Assembly (NCBI GenBank): GCA_964016885.1
Contig: OZ024745.1
Coordinates: 117,056,001-117,120,000 of the forward strand
Direction of reading: 5' to 3'
DNA: 64,000 nt
Source: Eledone cirrhosa
Lineage: Eukaryota
In this document: positions 1-12,530 of the stretch, piece by piece
Layout: each line of letters starts with the position of its first letter
Position numbering within the stretch: the first letter of the stretch is position 1
Notes under the pieces: generated by a model
Seen by the model: the letters and a program-made list of their open reading frames with translations, nothing else
Told to the model about the DNA's origin: nothing
Database searches by the model: none
Position numbers and translations under genes: made by a program

Positions 1-685
1 GTCGGTGTCATGACAAACAGCCCCGTCCACACTGTAAAGTGGTTGTGTAGGTGTCATGACAAAGAGTCCCCAGTCCACACTGTAAAGTGGTTGCGTAGGT
101 GTCACAACAAAAAGCCTCCAGTCCACACTGTAAAGTGGTTGTGTAGGTGTCATGACAAAGAGTCCCCAGTCCACACTGTAAAGTGGTTGCGTAGGTGTCA
201 CAACAAAAAGCCTCCAGTCCACACTGTAAAGTGGTCATGTAGGTGTCATGACAAAAAGTCCCGTTCACACTGTAAAGTGGTTGTGTAGGTGTCACAACAA
301 AAAGCCTCCAGTCCACGCTGTAAAGTGGTTGTGTAAGTGTCACAACAAAAAGCCTCCAGTCCACGCTGTAAGGTGGTCATGTAGGTGTCATGTCAAAAAG
401 CACCTAATCCATACTGTAAAGTGGTCGTGTAGGTGTCATGACAAAAAACACCAACAATGCACTTTAGAATGGTTGTTTTGGTGCCATGATAAAAAGCACC
501 CAGGACACCCCGTAAATGTGGTTGGTGTTAGGAAAGCCATCCAGCCATAGAAACCAAGCCAAAATCAGTCCAGTGTGAGCTAGACGTGGTCATCTGCTCT
601 GGCTTGGCTCACATCTGGACAACTCGTCTAACCCATGCTAGCGTGGAAAAATGGACGTTAAAAGGTGACAATGATGATGATGATA
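1..685 (+). repeat. Tandem array (~50-56 bp unit) amplified from an RTE/SINE 3' region, ending in a SINE/LINE-type tail
   Basis: Unit 'cacactgtaaagtggttgtgtaggtgtca(t/c)...ccagtc' repeats about 8-9 times. It is followed by 'gtggttggtgttaggaaagccatccagccatagaaa' and a 'ggacgttaaa...gatgatgatgat' tail, both shared with RTE 3' UTRs at 21640-21944 and 51723-52130. Confidence 0.75.
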
Positions 686-1039
686 CATAACAACAGAAAA
701 AAATAATAACAAAAATGGATGTCAACAAGGATGAGTTCCCCAATATTGGGAGATCTGTACTTTAGGGTAATTCCAAGGAGAACCTCATACAAAACTCCAG
801 GTTAGTCTGTTGCATCAGGGGCATTGAAAGTGCTCCTTCCCAGTTTCCTTCTTCCTGCTTAGAAAAGCTTAGATACAGTAGGCTAGAAATTTGAGTTGGG
901 GTAGCTAATTATATCAACCCTTGTATTAGAGTTGTAATTTATTTTATCAACCATGGAATGATCAAAAGCAGAGTTAACTTCAGCAGGATTGGAAGTCAAA
1001 GGTAAAAAGTAGGAAATTATTGGCTTATAAAAACAACAG

Positions 1040-1780
1040 CTACAACAATAATAATAACAAGCAGATGTTGATAGGTTATATTTCAACAGAACAAAGAAAT
1101 AATGAGAACTTCTACATGTAGAGAAGTGTGTGGAATTAGAAGTAGAAGTTTGAGGAAGTATGTTGCTGATAATGAAGAGATGCTCTTGATAGCCATAAGG
1201 GGACAGGAGATAATCGGCAAAGGGAAAGAAAAAAGTGAAGTCCTCAGAACTAAACACCAAAAATATGAGCAGAAAAATTTACACAGAAAGTTCTTCCAAA
1301 ATACTGAAGGGGATCCCTATGAGAAGTCATTTTAATGATTAAGGAAGGTCTGAAGAAAGAGGCAGAAGGTTTGATCTGAGCCTCATTGGATAAAGTAATC
1401 AGAACAAGATATACCAGATAAACTACAGATAAGGAAGATATCATGGCTGTATGTTAAATGTGTGATGAAAGAGAAATGGTGGTGAATGCAAGATGCTTGC
1501 TTAAAAGGATTATAAGAATTGGAGATATGACAATCTTGCTACAAGCTTACACTGGCGAATTTGTAAATTTGAGCCTGCAGAAAAGCAATATGACCATAAA
1601 CCAGGACATGCCCTTCAAAAAATTTATGTTCCTTATCTGTTTGATACTAAAATGGTAGACAAAGAACATGACAAAATAGAAAAGTGCCAAGACCTGAAAT
1701 ATGAAATAGAGAAAATTCAGAATTGTCATACAGCTGATATTAATTGTAATAGGAACGTTATGGACATTGGCAAGATGTTG
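1040..1780 (+). mobile_element. Degenerate RLE-type (R4/NeSL/CRE-like) non-LTR retrotransposon, C-terminal region
   Basis: Broken frames give LHRKFF..., GLKKEAEGLI*ASLDKVIRTR, C..CDERE, and YDNLA..LHWRIC. These resemble the LHG.F / ETEG.I.AAQDQ.L.TR / C..C...E / RHD.VA..LHW.LC motifs around the CCHC knuckle of RLE elements. Multiple stops and frameshifts. Confidence 0.55.
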
Positions 1781-2534
1781 ACTGCCGTGTATATTTTACA
1801 CAGCTCCAGTTGCTGTGCCAGGTTTTTTCCCAGTAAAATGACTATTTTGATTGACAAATGTCACATCAATAAACTAGTAACCCCATCTAGCTTTGAACTA
1901 ATGAACTGTTGGAAATGAGTTCATAACTTTGAAGTTATGAACTTTTGGAAAGGAGTTCAAACATGTTAGGATGAGTTATCTCGTCTGTGGCACTGGAATG
2001 CATACCTGTTAGGAGGAGTTATCTCATCTACAGCACTGAAGAGGTTAAATGGTTGTCGGAAAATATTGAATATAGATGTGAATGTCTTGATTCTACAAGA
2101 ACCATAAGAAAGGTGCTGGATTGCTAAAACTGTAAGATAAAGCTTGCTATCTAACAACTCAATACCATCCAAAAACAACTATGAAATGTTGAGTAAAAAG
2201 ATAAATGATAATGGTTTCTAAATTAGGCACAAGGCCAACAATTTGGAAGGAGAAAAAGTTGGTTAAATCAATCCTAGTACTGGACTGCTACTTTATTTTA
2301 TCAATTACAGAAATAATATAAAGGGTTGTAACTAAATTCCACAAAGAATTTTGTCCAACACTCTAACAATTCTGTTAATCCACTACCTTTTTAATAAAGA
2401 AATGATAATGATGACAAAAAAACGTTTTACTATCAAAAAGTATAATGCAGTGGCTGTGACAGAATTTGAACACTTGAACTAAGCTGTCAGTAGATCATTG
2501 GAATTTTACAACTTTCATATGAAAATCACATTAA

Positions 2535-3110
2535 GTCTTCGTCTTCTCCTCCTTCTCCCCATCCTTCTTCTTCACCCACTTATTCCTGAGATGGTGGTGG
2601 AGGAAGAGTCCTCAAACACTCCTTCAAGCATGTCCTGTCAGAAGCAACCATTTCCAACTGATGCAGCTGGATCCCCGAGCGAGACCAGCTGAACTCAAAG
2701 ATGTTATCCAACTATCTTGCGCTGCGTCTCCTGCTGGTTGGTTTTACCTGTAAAATCTTTCCAGTAATTCATTCCGTGAAACATTCTAACCACATGCCCA
2801 TAGTATCAGAGCTGCGATCTCTCAATTTGGAGAAGTAGCAGCTCCCCCTGTAGTGACTCTCTGATTTCTGAGCTATGCACTCTATTGAGTAACATTACTC
2901 CAAAGACACTTCAGAGGAACCCCATTTCAGCCACTTGTATTTGCGATCATATTCTTTTAGTCATTACCCAAGATTCATAACCAGATGTAAGAGTTGACAC
3001 AAATACCAAATTAAAGATAGCGGTTTGGCTTTTACACCTACCTCCATTCTTCTGATTACCGAATGTTAAAACTAGCACATTATTGCACCAGTTCCTGCAA
3101 TTCAGTACTT
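2535..3110 (-). mobile_element. RTE-like LINE 3' fragment (family C, GAA-rich tail)
   Basis: Homologous to 27066-27840, 34345-34660, 36755-37910, 43535-43820 and 44490-44910. Translation includes LTSGYESWVMTKRI, an RTE C-terminal 'L.YG.E.W' motif. Confidence 0.7.
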
Positions 3111-3156
3111 GAATAGTAAAAATTAATCTGAAAGATAAAAAAAACAATTTAATTAC

Positions 3157-3295
3157 CTTTTATTTGTCAGTGATCTGGAATTGGTTAGTGTATCATAATT
3201 CCAAAATCTACAATTGGCATTCGTCACTGGACTGTAATTATCTTCCAGTTCAACTGAACTTGATATATCTAATATTGGTACTGGAGCAATAATCA
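3157..3295 (-). CDS. Internal coding exon of a C9orf43/DUF4647-like gene (IIAPVPILDISSSVELEDNYSPV...)
   Basis: Minus-strand acceptor 'tatattctttatag|TG' and donor 'AAG|gtaatt'. The 139-nt open frame is phase-1 compatible with exon 5142-5304. 'PVPILDI' loosely resembles the 'LPVLTVVDI' segment that I recall following the CQHPxCW motif in C9orf43. Confidence 0.5.
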
Positions 3296-4180
3296 CTATA
3301 AAGAATATATAGTTGAGAGTTGTAAAGTTTGGATACATGTGAATGTTTGATTGTGTGTATGTGGACACTCACAATTATGTGTACATGTGTATGTATACAA
3401 AGAAACAAGTTTTCTCTTTACATATCAGACCAGTAATCTAGTAAAAACGTTTTTTTTAAACCAGTATTTTGTAAGAGAAAGAACTTAGCCAATCTAATAT
3501 AACTAACTCTATTATTTGTATTTTATCAGGCAAGACATCCTAGACCATGTTAAGAGAAAAGCCACCTGGTTAATTGACAGTCTCTTACAGACACACTCTA
3601 GTCTCTAGTCCACAACATGCTGTCTCCTCCCAATACACTTCAAGACATGCTGCACACAACTTTGTCATCACAAATACTCTATTCTACCTTCCTACTCATG
3701 ACAAGAATTCCTGGATGTATACAGATTCTCAGCACCATCATTTGATTGTCCTTGACATCATCAGAAAGAGAGACTGGCAAGATTTAAGAGTAACTAAAGC
3801 TATGTATGGTGCTGGACAGACCATTAACTCGTAGTGTCCATATAAATCATCATCATCATCGATTAACATCCATTTTTTCATGTTAGCATGGGTTAGACGA
3901 GTTATATACACACACACATATAAAAAACATATCTATATACAAGTACACATATGCATATATCCACACACACAAGCATACACAAACACACATACACACACAT
4001 GTACAGTTGCATAACTGTTATGTCTTCATGGAGATTGGCCTGTTGAAATAAATACTTCATGCTTTAAGCATATATTTGCCTGATAGAATATGTCAAGTTT
4101 TATCTACATATTTAGGTAGCACTGTTCTTTAGTGGGTGTGCTGTGGTTAATAGTGATTGAATGCATTATGTGAATGAGAG

Positions 4181-4372
4181 AGGGCGGTGAATTGGCAGTA
4201 TCAGTAGAGGGTTGGACGCCATGCTTTGATGCATAGAGTTACGGCCCTTGCCATTCTGAGTTCAAATCTCGCCTAGGTTAACTTTGCCTTTCATCCTTAC
4301 GGGGTCGATAAAATAAAGTACCAGTAATGCACTGGGATAATTGCTGGCCTTGTGCTTAAAGTAGAAACAATT
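4181..4372 (+). mobile_element. tRNA-derived SINE
   Basis: A-box-like 'tggcagtatcagtag' and B-box 'gagttcaaatctc', then 'tttgcctttcatccttacggggtcgataaaataaagtacc'. Near-identical copy at 11406-11592; partial copies near 880-1010(-), 2200-2390(-), 7220-7340, 19390-19610(-), 32740-32890 and 45510-45560. Confidence 0.8.
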
Positions 4373-5141
4373 ATGTGAATGAGAGATAATAAAAGATTCA
4401 CTTTAGATTGTCTAAGTGGTGATGTATGCATAACTAGGGCTAACAAATTTATTTTGACTGTTCTATAAAATATTCTTGTGAATGTTAAGTGCTCTCTTGG
4501 TGTGAGTAGAATCTTTCATTTTTATGAATGAACATGTTCATGTGAGGGCACTTATTGAAGAAATCTGCTTTGGCGTTGAAGTAATTGTTGGAGCTTACTC
4601 TTACACACATATGTTCAATCACTATTAACAATGAATTTTCAATACCTATAGATATATAACGCAAATGAATTTTCAATACCTATAGATATATAACGCAACC
4701 TTGTAGAGATAATATGCATAATTATGCATATTATACTAAAGTTAAATGAGATCCAACTAAGTTAAAAATTTGATCATTCATTAGTGGACTTATGTATTTC
4801 TTCCAGGTCATTATGGTCTCATATGGAATTAATAAAACATTTGATAAAGAATATGAAGTTGGACTTATGCAACCAAGTTTCTTTGGCACAAAATATATAT
4901 TGCTTTACGTCTGAATTTTTTTTAGTGTTTATTTTATTTACTTTTTCCAGCTGAAGTTAGTATAGCTATATTTAAATTTTATCTTCATAGCTCATTGTTT
5001 TCTTTTAATCTTTTATTCTCACCACCCGGGTGATTAACCAAATCAAATCCAATCAATATAATATTGTTATCATTTCATTAAGCCATATTTCATATTATTC
5101 ATCTGCTAAACATCAATGATAACAAACCAATTATCACATAC

Positions 5142-5304
5142 TTTTTTTTTCGTTGATGATTTTGCCTTCACTGTTTGAGGTTGAAGCAAATTTTGATTCT
5201 GTATTCGTTTGATTGCAATACTGCATTTTATTTGCAACTTTCCAACAATATGGATGCTGGCAAAGTGGACTGCAGGTTATTTGATTTAACAACAAAGTAT
5301 CCAT
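5142..5304 (-). CDS. First coding exon (CDS part; exon ~5142-5378) of a C9orf43/DUF4647-like gene: MDTLLLNQITCSPLCQHPYCWKVANKMQ...
   Basis: Acceptor 'cttcattcttttcag|' at 5379, good Kozak context gcagccATGg at 5304, donor '|gtatgt' at 5141. C-x3-CQHPYCW matches my recollection of the N-terminal CxxxxCQHPQCW motif of human C9orf43. Confidence 0.55.
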
Positions 5305-5439
5305 GGCTGCAAATCTTTTAATGTTTTCAAGAAACAACAGATTTACACACAAAAGAAATACAGGAATGTATTTGGAACCTGAAAAGAATGAAGATTAAAT
5401 GTTTATTACAGGATTAGATAGCTAAGAATAAACAGAATC

Positions 5440-5865
5440 ATTATTATCATTGTCATCATCATCATCACTGCCAACATCATCACCACAACCATTACAACTA
5501 CCATCATCACCACTACTACTACCACCAGCATCATCACCACAACCACCATCACCACTACTACTACGAACAGCATCATCACCACAACCACCATCATCATTGT
5601 CATCATCACCACTGCCAACATCACCACTACTACTACCAACAGCATCATCACCACAACCACCATCACCACTGCCAACATCAACACTACTACTACCACCAAC
5701 ATCATCACCACAACCACTAAAACCACCATCATCAGCATCACTGCCAGCATCACCACTACTACTACCACCAACATCATCACCACAACCACTACAACCACCA
5801 CTATCATCATCATCTTCACTGCCAGCATCACTGCTACAACCACCCCCACCATCATCATCATCATT
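5440..5865. repeat. Degenerate trinucleotide (CAT/CAC/TAC/CAA) microsatellite
   Basis: Directly visible. It produces the low-complexity ORFs 5406-5864 and 5450-5962. Confidence 0.9.
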
Positions 5866-6854
5866 TTACATCTGTGTTGGAATTGTCTTTTCCAGAATGG
5901 TCTTTGACTGGAAAAAAGTGTATTGGTGGTACCTTGCCCAAACTACATCTCACATAAGTTAATTCTCTTCCTAAAAATGCTATATCCCTTTCTATTACTT
6001 CCATAAGTTCTATCAATTTGAAGCCTCTGTAGTAATGTCTTTCTATAGCATCTCCTTAGCTCTTGTGATGGTACTGTTATGCCAATTATTGAGAATAACA
6101 ACTCCTCGTGTCATTTCATTGACTAGTGTTTCTTACTTTGGTTACTTTCAGCATTTCAATGACTATCCCCTCTGGCCCTAATGTTTCCCTACCTTCATAT
6201 CCTTAATCATTCTTTTTGACCATATATTTTCCTTTATGTTATGTCTTTACCTCCTCCTTCTCATCATATACATCATCTACTCCTTCTTTAACCCTTTAGC
6301 ATTTAAACTGGCTGTATCTGGCCAGAATTCTCTCACCTCTTTCTGTTCAAACCGGCTGTAACTAGCCACTCATATTTATGTGAAGGTATTGTTCTTAAAA
6401 TAAATAATATTAAAATCTCATAGATTCAATATTATGTGAGGTAAAGCTTTTACCAATAAAATATAATAGTAAATATAGAGTAATGTAAATGCTAAAGGGT
6501 TAAACCTACATATGTATCTTTCAGTTTCCATACCTTCACTGTTCAAATTTTTATGTCTTTGAATCTGTCTATCTCTTATATTGAGGTATCTGATAGCTAG
6601 ATGTTCAACAGTACATTTTTCACTGGAGAAGGACTTAGTTTTCACAACTACGCATCTCTTGATGAGTATAAAGTCTACTAGGCCTGCATATTCACCTGAG
6701 TGGTAGGCAATCCGGTGGCTGTCTGGTTTCTTAAAGGCTGCAAACAGTTAGATCAGTTGTACTATATAATTCCAAGAGCCTGAACCCTCTCCATTCCTTG
6801 TTCAATATTCATAGCTTCTATTTATCTATTTGTTGGGTTCATCAATTTGAGCCA

Positions 6855-7210
6855 AAGATATAAGAAACATCCCTCCTCACCTACTCCAAAGAAAGCCATG
6901 GTCATTTCATCTGGCATTGTGTTTCTTGACTATCTTCAAAAGGGACACACCATCAATGGAGAGTACTATACCAAACTAGCTGAGGCAGTTATGAAAGGTT
7001 ATCAAGACCAAACAGCTAGAAAAAATGAAAATGGGTCTTGTTTCACCAGGAAAATGCTCCAGCACACAATTCTATGGTTTCAATTGCTGCTGTGCATGAT
7101 CACCCACCCTATTCTCTTGATTTGGCCCCTCTGACTAACATCTGTACCCCAACATGAAAAAAACACTTGGCTGAGAACCAGTATCACAGTGATGATGACG
7201 TCATATTGCT
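6855..7210 (+). mobile_element. mariner (DD34D) transposase fragment
   Basis: KHPSSPTPKKA..., GIVFLDYLQKGHTINGEYY, HQENAPAH and HPPYSLDLAPSD across frameshifts. These are the canonical mariner HDNAPAH and YSPDLAPSD motifs. Confidence 0.85.
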
Positions 7211-8061
7211 AGAACATCAGCTAGAAAGCTTTGCAGTATTTTGACGCTCTGCTCTCCAAGTTCAAATGTTGCCGAGGTCAACTTTGCCTTTCATCCATTC
7301 GAGGTCGATAAAAAAAGTACCAGTCAAGCACTTGGGTCAATTCTTCCTCTATATCTCTTTCTCACTTCCGTTCTTTCACTCTTTATATCATTCTCTAGAA
7401 GAAATCTGTGTTTAAACCTGGATAAGATTGGACTCCACCAGGTTTTAAAATGCCCTAGAAATGCCATATGTCAACACAGGGCCCCTACGACACCCCAATA
7501 AGTTACGGGACTATGCATTAGAAAGAATGAGTTGGGGTGAGAAAAAGGTGGTGGAATCAATAACATATACACATGCACAGAAAAAAAATTACCTGTGAGA
7601 AATTGGCAATGAAAACTTGAGATTAACACCAGTGAAGTGAACTGTGAAAGTCTGTAAAAGAAAGAATGATATCTAATAAAAATTAAGACATATAAAAGAA
7701 ATGAAATAACTCCTACCAGGAATAGGGGTCAGATACAAAAATGATCATTGTGTCCTAATTATTGCAATACTCAAAAATGAAATGATGCTCCTAAAAGGGA
7801 AGTACATCAAGTATTGGTGCTTGGAGGTTAACTAAATTAGTAGGAAGAAATTATATTAGTTACAAAGAAATTATATTACATATATCTTAGTAAAATTATT
7901 AAATGTATCTATATCTCAGTCAAGGAAACTGAGGAACCAAAATCAGCTCTGTATGAGCAAGACACAGTCATCTGATCTGGTCTCACAACAGGACAACTCT
8001 TTTAACTCATGCTAGTGTGGGAAAATCGACATTAAACGGTGATGTTGATGATAATATCTTA

Positions 8062-10845
8062 TCATCATCATTTTACATCCGCTTTTCCCTGCTTGCAAGG
8101 GTTGGACAGGTCCTTCGTCATCTCCTCAGTGAGTTTCAGCGATCTGAGGTCTGCTCTCACCACCTCTGTTTTTCGTGGTCTACCTCTACTGGGATTTCTT
8201 GGCACTTCTTTACCCAGCGGTCATCCTCCATGCGCATCACATGTCCATACCATCTCAGCCTTCTCTCCTGCACACCATAACTTATCCCTCTTATACCCAG
8301 TTTCTTTCTCAACTCGTCTATGCTTGGTCATTCATGCACATCCTACGGAGCATACTTGCTTCATTTCTCTCCAGCCGTCGCATATCTTCTGCAGCTGCTG
8401 TCCATGTCTCACTACCATGCAGCATCACGCATCTCACACAGGCATCATATAACCGTCCTTTTGTACGCAGGGAGAAACACTTCTTAATCAACAGAGAAAG
8501 CAGCTCCCTAAACTTCTTCCAACCCATCCTTATTCTAGATACTATGGCCTCGGAACACCCCCTCCCATGCTAATCTGATCACCTAGGTAAACTATCAACC
8601 ACTTCTATAGAACCCACCTGCATTGGAAAAATGTGTCTATCACTGCGATTATTACTGCCAACTTTCCCTGTACATCTATTGCATATGTAGTTTTCCCTAC
8701 CTGTTGGTATGCCTGCTGTCCCACTACATCTCTTGTGTACCCAAGATCTACGTGTACATTGCGTACATTTTATGGAATTTATGCCAGTTCCTTTCCTACA
8801 TATCGAACATGGCCATTTCCCCGATGGAATCAGGGTATTGTCCTCTCTTCTATTTATCAACACTTTTGTTTTAGCTATGTTCACTCTCAGGCCTCTTGAT
8901 TCCAACTGCTGTTTCCATAGCCAGAATTTATTCTCTAGCTCCTCTACTGATTCTGCTATAAGAACCAGATCATCAGCATAGAGAAGTTCCCATGGGAGGC
9001 GAGTCTTAAACTCCTCTGTTATGGCTTGGAGGACTATAATGAACAAGAGAGGGCTGAGGACCGAACCTTGATGTACACCTACTTGTATCTGGAATTCCTC
9101 ACTAAACTCCATTCCTATTCTCACTTTACTGACAGCACCCCTGTACATAGCTTGCACTGTCCTCACAAGCCATTCCTCTACACCTAGTTTCCTTAGGGAC
9201 CAAAAGATGACAGATCGGGGTACCCTGTCAAAGGCCTTCTCTAGGTCAACAAAAGCTAAGTATTTTCTCTGCCACTTTCATAACCTGATCCATCAGCTTT
9301 ATGCCCCTATAATTTCTCCTCTCTAGAGCATCTCCTTTACCTTTGTAGCAATTTATGAGAATACTGCTGCGCCAGTCTTTGGGTACGACACCACCATATA
9401 TAGCTTGATTAATGATGCGTGCAACTAGTTTAGAGCCTACTTCTCCTGGTGCCTTCAGCATCTCGGCAACTATCCCCAACGGTCCAGCAGCCTTACCATT
9501 CTTCATTTCCTTAATTGCCTCTTGTACCCTATATTCATCAATCTCAATAGCTGGTCCCTCTGTCGGGTCTACTGGGGGTAATTTCTCTCTGTCCCATTCG
9601 TTCTCCACATTCATCAGTCTCTCATAATGATATTTCCAGGCTTCCTTTTTCTGATTATTCGTGACACCGGCATCATTCCGGACACACTTATCTCCAACAA
9701 CATCCTGATTTGTACTGACACACTGCCTTGCAATGCGGAACATCACACGTCTCTGATCATCCCATCGCAGAACACTGGCAAATCTCCTACTTTCAGTCTC
9801 CCTGCATGCTAAGTACACCTGACATCTAGCTTCTCTCTTAGTGGCTGTATATCCTTCTCTATTCCCACTGTTTTTCCAAGCCTTCCATGCCAGTCTTTTG
9901 TCTCTAATGGCCCTATCTACCGTGCTGTTCCACCACCAGGTCACTCTCTGTCTGGTTGAAGCTCTGCTCCAACCACAAGTTTCTTCAGTAGCCTGCAGTA
10001 AGTTGTCACGCAAGAAATTCCAGTTATCATCTATGTCATACGATTCTAAATCATCTTCCTTTTCGTCATACACATCTTGAAGGGCTTTGCTAAATTTATA
10101 TTTTAATGAAAAGTCTTTTAGCTTCCAGACCTTTCTTTTCCACACCTTTCTGTATGTCTCATTCTTTCTCTTGCTTACTGAGATGTACCCCACGACTAAC
10201 CTATGCTGTGGGGTACATTCTTCCCCGGAGTATGCCTTAGTATTTGACACCATCTGTCTGTCTCGCTGTCTAACTAGCAGGAAGTCAATCTGGCTTATGT
10301 GCTCGCCTGATTTGTAGGTTATTAGGTGGTTGGTAGGCTTCTGGAAGTTAGTGTTGCAAATGGTTAGTGCATTTGCATCACAAAATTCAAGAAGCCTCAC
10401 TCCTTCTTAATTTCTTGAGCCGTAACCTTGCCCTCCATGTACCCCAGTGTATCCATCCTGGAGCTGTACAACATGTCCATTGAAGTCCCCCGCTAGCATA
10501 ACAATGTCTCTGTCCTCTGTCATTGAGGCTGTTTGTAAAAGCAGTCTTTCTCTTCTTTACCTAGGCCTGCCTGGGGAGTATAGGCAGAGATGATTGTCAG
10601 TAGTCTCTTGTCTACAACTAATCTAAGCTTAATTATTCTATTACTAACTCTAACTTCCTCTATTGTCTTATTGATCCATCTCTCAGCCAGTAATATGCCC
10701 ACCCCACCTAACTCATCATCATTACCCACCCAGAAAATCTTATAACTACGATGTTTTCCTCCGATTAGTGTTGTAGAGGCACCTCTCCATCTCCTCTTGC
10801 ACACAGCACACATCCACATGCCTTCCCTCCAGCATCTCCGTTATC
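8062..10845 (-). mobile_element. Near-full-length, 5'-truncated RTE LINE (family A): APE endonuclease + RT + PHD-like finger; inactivated
   Basis: APE motifs DVCCVQE, GVGILLA, IISAYTPQ, LAGDFNGHV and SQIDFLLVR. RT motifs KGKGDALERRNYRGIKLM, FVDLEKAFDRVPR, GVHQGSVLSPLLF and YADD (8969-8980). C-terminal MLHGSETW and a 3' tail '...ggatgtaaaa(tga)n'. Several stops and frameshifts. Confidence 0.95.
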
Positions 10846-11405
10846 TCACTGGTAGAGAGAAAATGGAAAACTAATAAAGAGAGAAAGGAAAATAGTATAA
10901 GTATTATTACTTTCACATCTTTTAATTTTCTTCATTTTTAAAAGATTTTCTTCTAAATTTAGTTTTTCTTTTACTCTTTCAATTATGAAACTTATAGTTC
11001 TTTTGCAACAAAGCTTTCCAATCGTAAACAATCCTAATACTTATTTCAATCTGCTACTTATTGTATCGATCTGTTTACTGAATAACTATGGTAAATAACA
11101 AAAACAAGACACACACATGCAATATAGGTGCAGTATAGATGCAGTGACCCCCAATTCCACCACAGCATGTAGAGATGCAAAATTTAAGAAAGCAGTGAGA
11201 TAGTGTCCCCACATCTGATATACTGTTACAGTATACACAAAGATTCTAGAGTGTATTTCCCACTCATCTCCAAACAAGCCCACCTTTGCCATAGAATCAC
11301 TCACAACACACTCCAATCTCTGACACCCAGACAGACATACTATCTCTTCGTTCTACATTCAACTCTCTTATCTCTCCTTCTTTAACACCCTACACAAACC
11401 ATTAT

Positions 11406-11592
11406 TGGTGGATTGGCAGTATCGGTAGAGAGTCGGACGCCATGCTTTGCAGCACAGTTACGTCCCTTTACGATCTGAGTTCAAATCCCGCCTAGGTTGA
11501 CTTTCCATTTCATCCTTACGGGGTCGATAAAATAAAGTACCAGTAATGCATTGGGTAATTGCTGGCCTTGTGCCTAAAGTAGAAACAATTAT
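11406..11592 (+). mobile_element. tRNA-derived SINE (same family as 4181-4372)
   Basis: Near-identical to 4186-4372, including the B-box 'gagttcaaatccc'. Confidence 0.8.
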
Positions 11593-11722
11593 ATTCAACA
11601 CTTCCTCTCCATAACCTTCTCTCGGATGTGGTAGAAGTGGTGGTGTTGTACCCTGTTTCTCTCTTATATTATTATGTCAGCATTTATATTTCGTATGCAT
11701 AACTATGCTATTTATGAATAAT

Positions 11723-11965
11723 TTAAATGCAATATAGATGATAAACACAACCACAAGGCACGTGGATTGGCCGAACTCCCATTGTCATCGCTATCTCTCT
11801 GCATGGTGAGCAAAATGGGGTCCCACGTGCTGGCCGCTCCACAGCCCCGGCGGACAGAATGGAGAACTCTAGAACTGCCACTCTGTTTTTCATGTTGTTA
11901 TTCATGAAGAACATTAAGTACATCAAACTCATCAGTATATGTAGGTCATTGAAAGTCATGTTCAC
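11723..11965 (-). pseudogene. Degenerate RING-finger-like ORF
   Basis: FCSPCREIAMTMGVRPIHVPCGCVYHLYCI* gives C-x2-C ... PCG(C for H)VYH-x2-CI, the N-terminal three quarters of a RING-H2-like pattern. It stops before the last CxxC. Confidence 0.4.
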
Positions 11966-12530
11966 ACTCCCTACTTTCAGATAAATCCGTTAAAATAAAA
12001 AATAGACTAAAATTAAAGCCTTTTATATTTTTTATATATTTTTTTAACCGAAGGAAAAAGGGAATAATTTCAGGTGGTTGTTCCTCAAGTATTGAGAAAA
12101 GTGGTTAGTGAAAGTTGTAGTAGTTACGGTAGCTAGTATAGGGCCGGCAAAACAATTTAAAGTCCAAATTCATAGGAAACTTAAAAAGGAAAGACGAAAT
12201 TGTATCTGTATGAGGAAATTTCATGAAATAAAATAGTTGGTTAAATTAACTGTAGGTTGCTTCCCAAAATTATACTTTAATTTAGAAAATAGTTTGTTTT
12301 AAATATTTTAAAAGAATAACATAGCATAAAATAGTTCTTTTTTGTGCCTTTTTTTCTTTCCTTGCGTTATTTGTATGTAACCCCCCCGCCTCCGTATATG
12401 TAATTAGACATTAGAATGTACTTATATAAATAAACGAGTGTAACTGTCATCAGCATTGCTATAATAATTATTATTTAAAACACAAAATAATTACTAAAGA
12501 ACTAACCTATATCAGCAGACGATATAAACT

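Noticed and set aside
1-530. CRISPR-like repeat/spacer appearance and Cys/His-rich repeat ORFs
   Set aside because: The variable parts are themselves repeated and homologous to RTE 3' UTR modules; the ORFs are by-products.
5406-5962. Pro/Ser-rich and Val/Met-rich ORFs
   Set aside because: Trinucleotide microsatellite translations.
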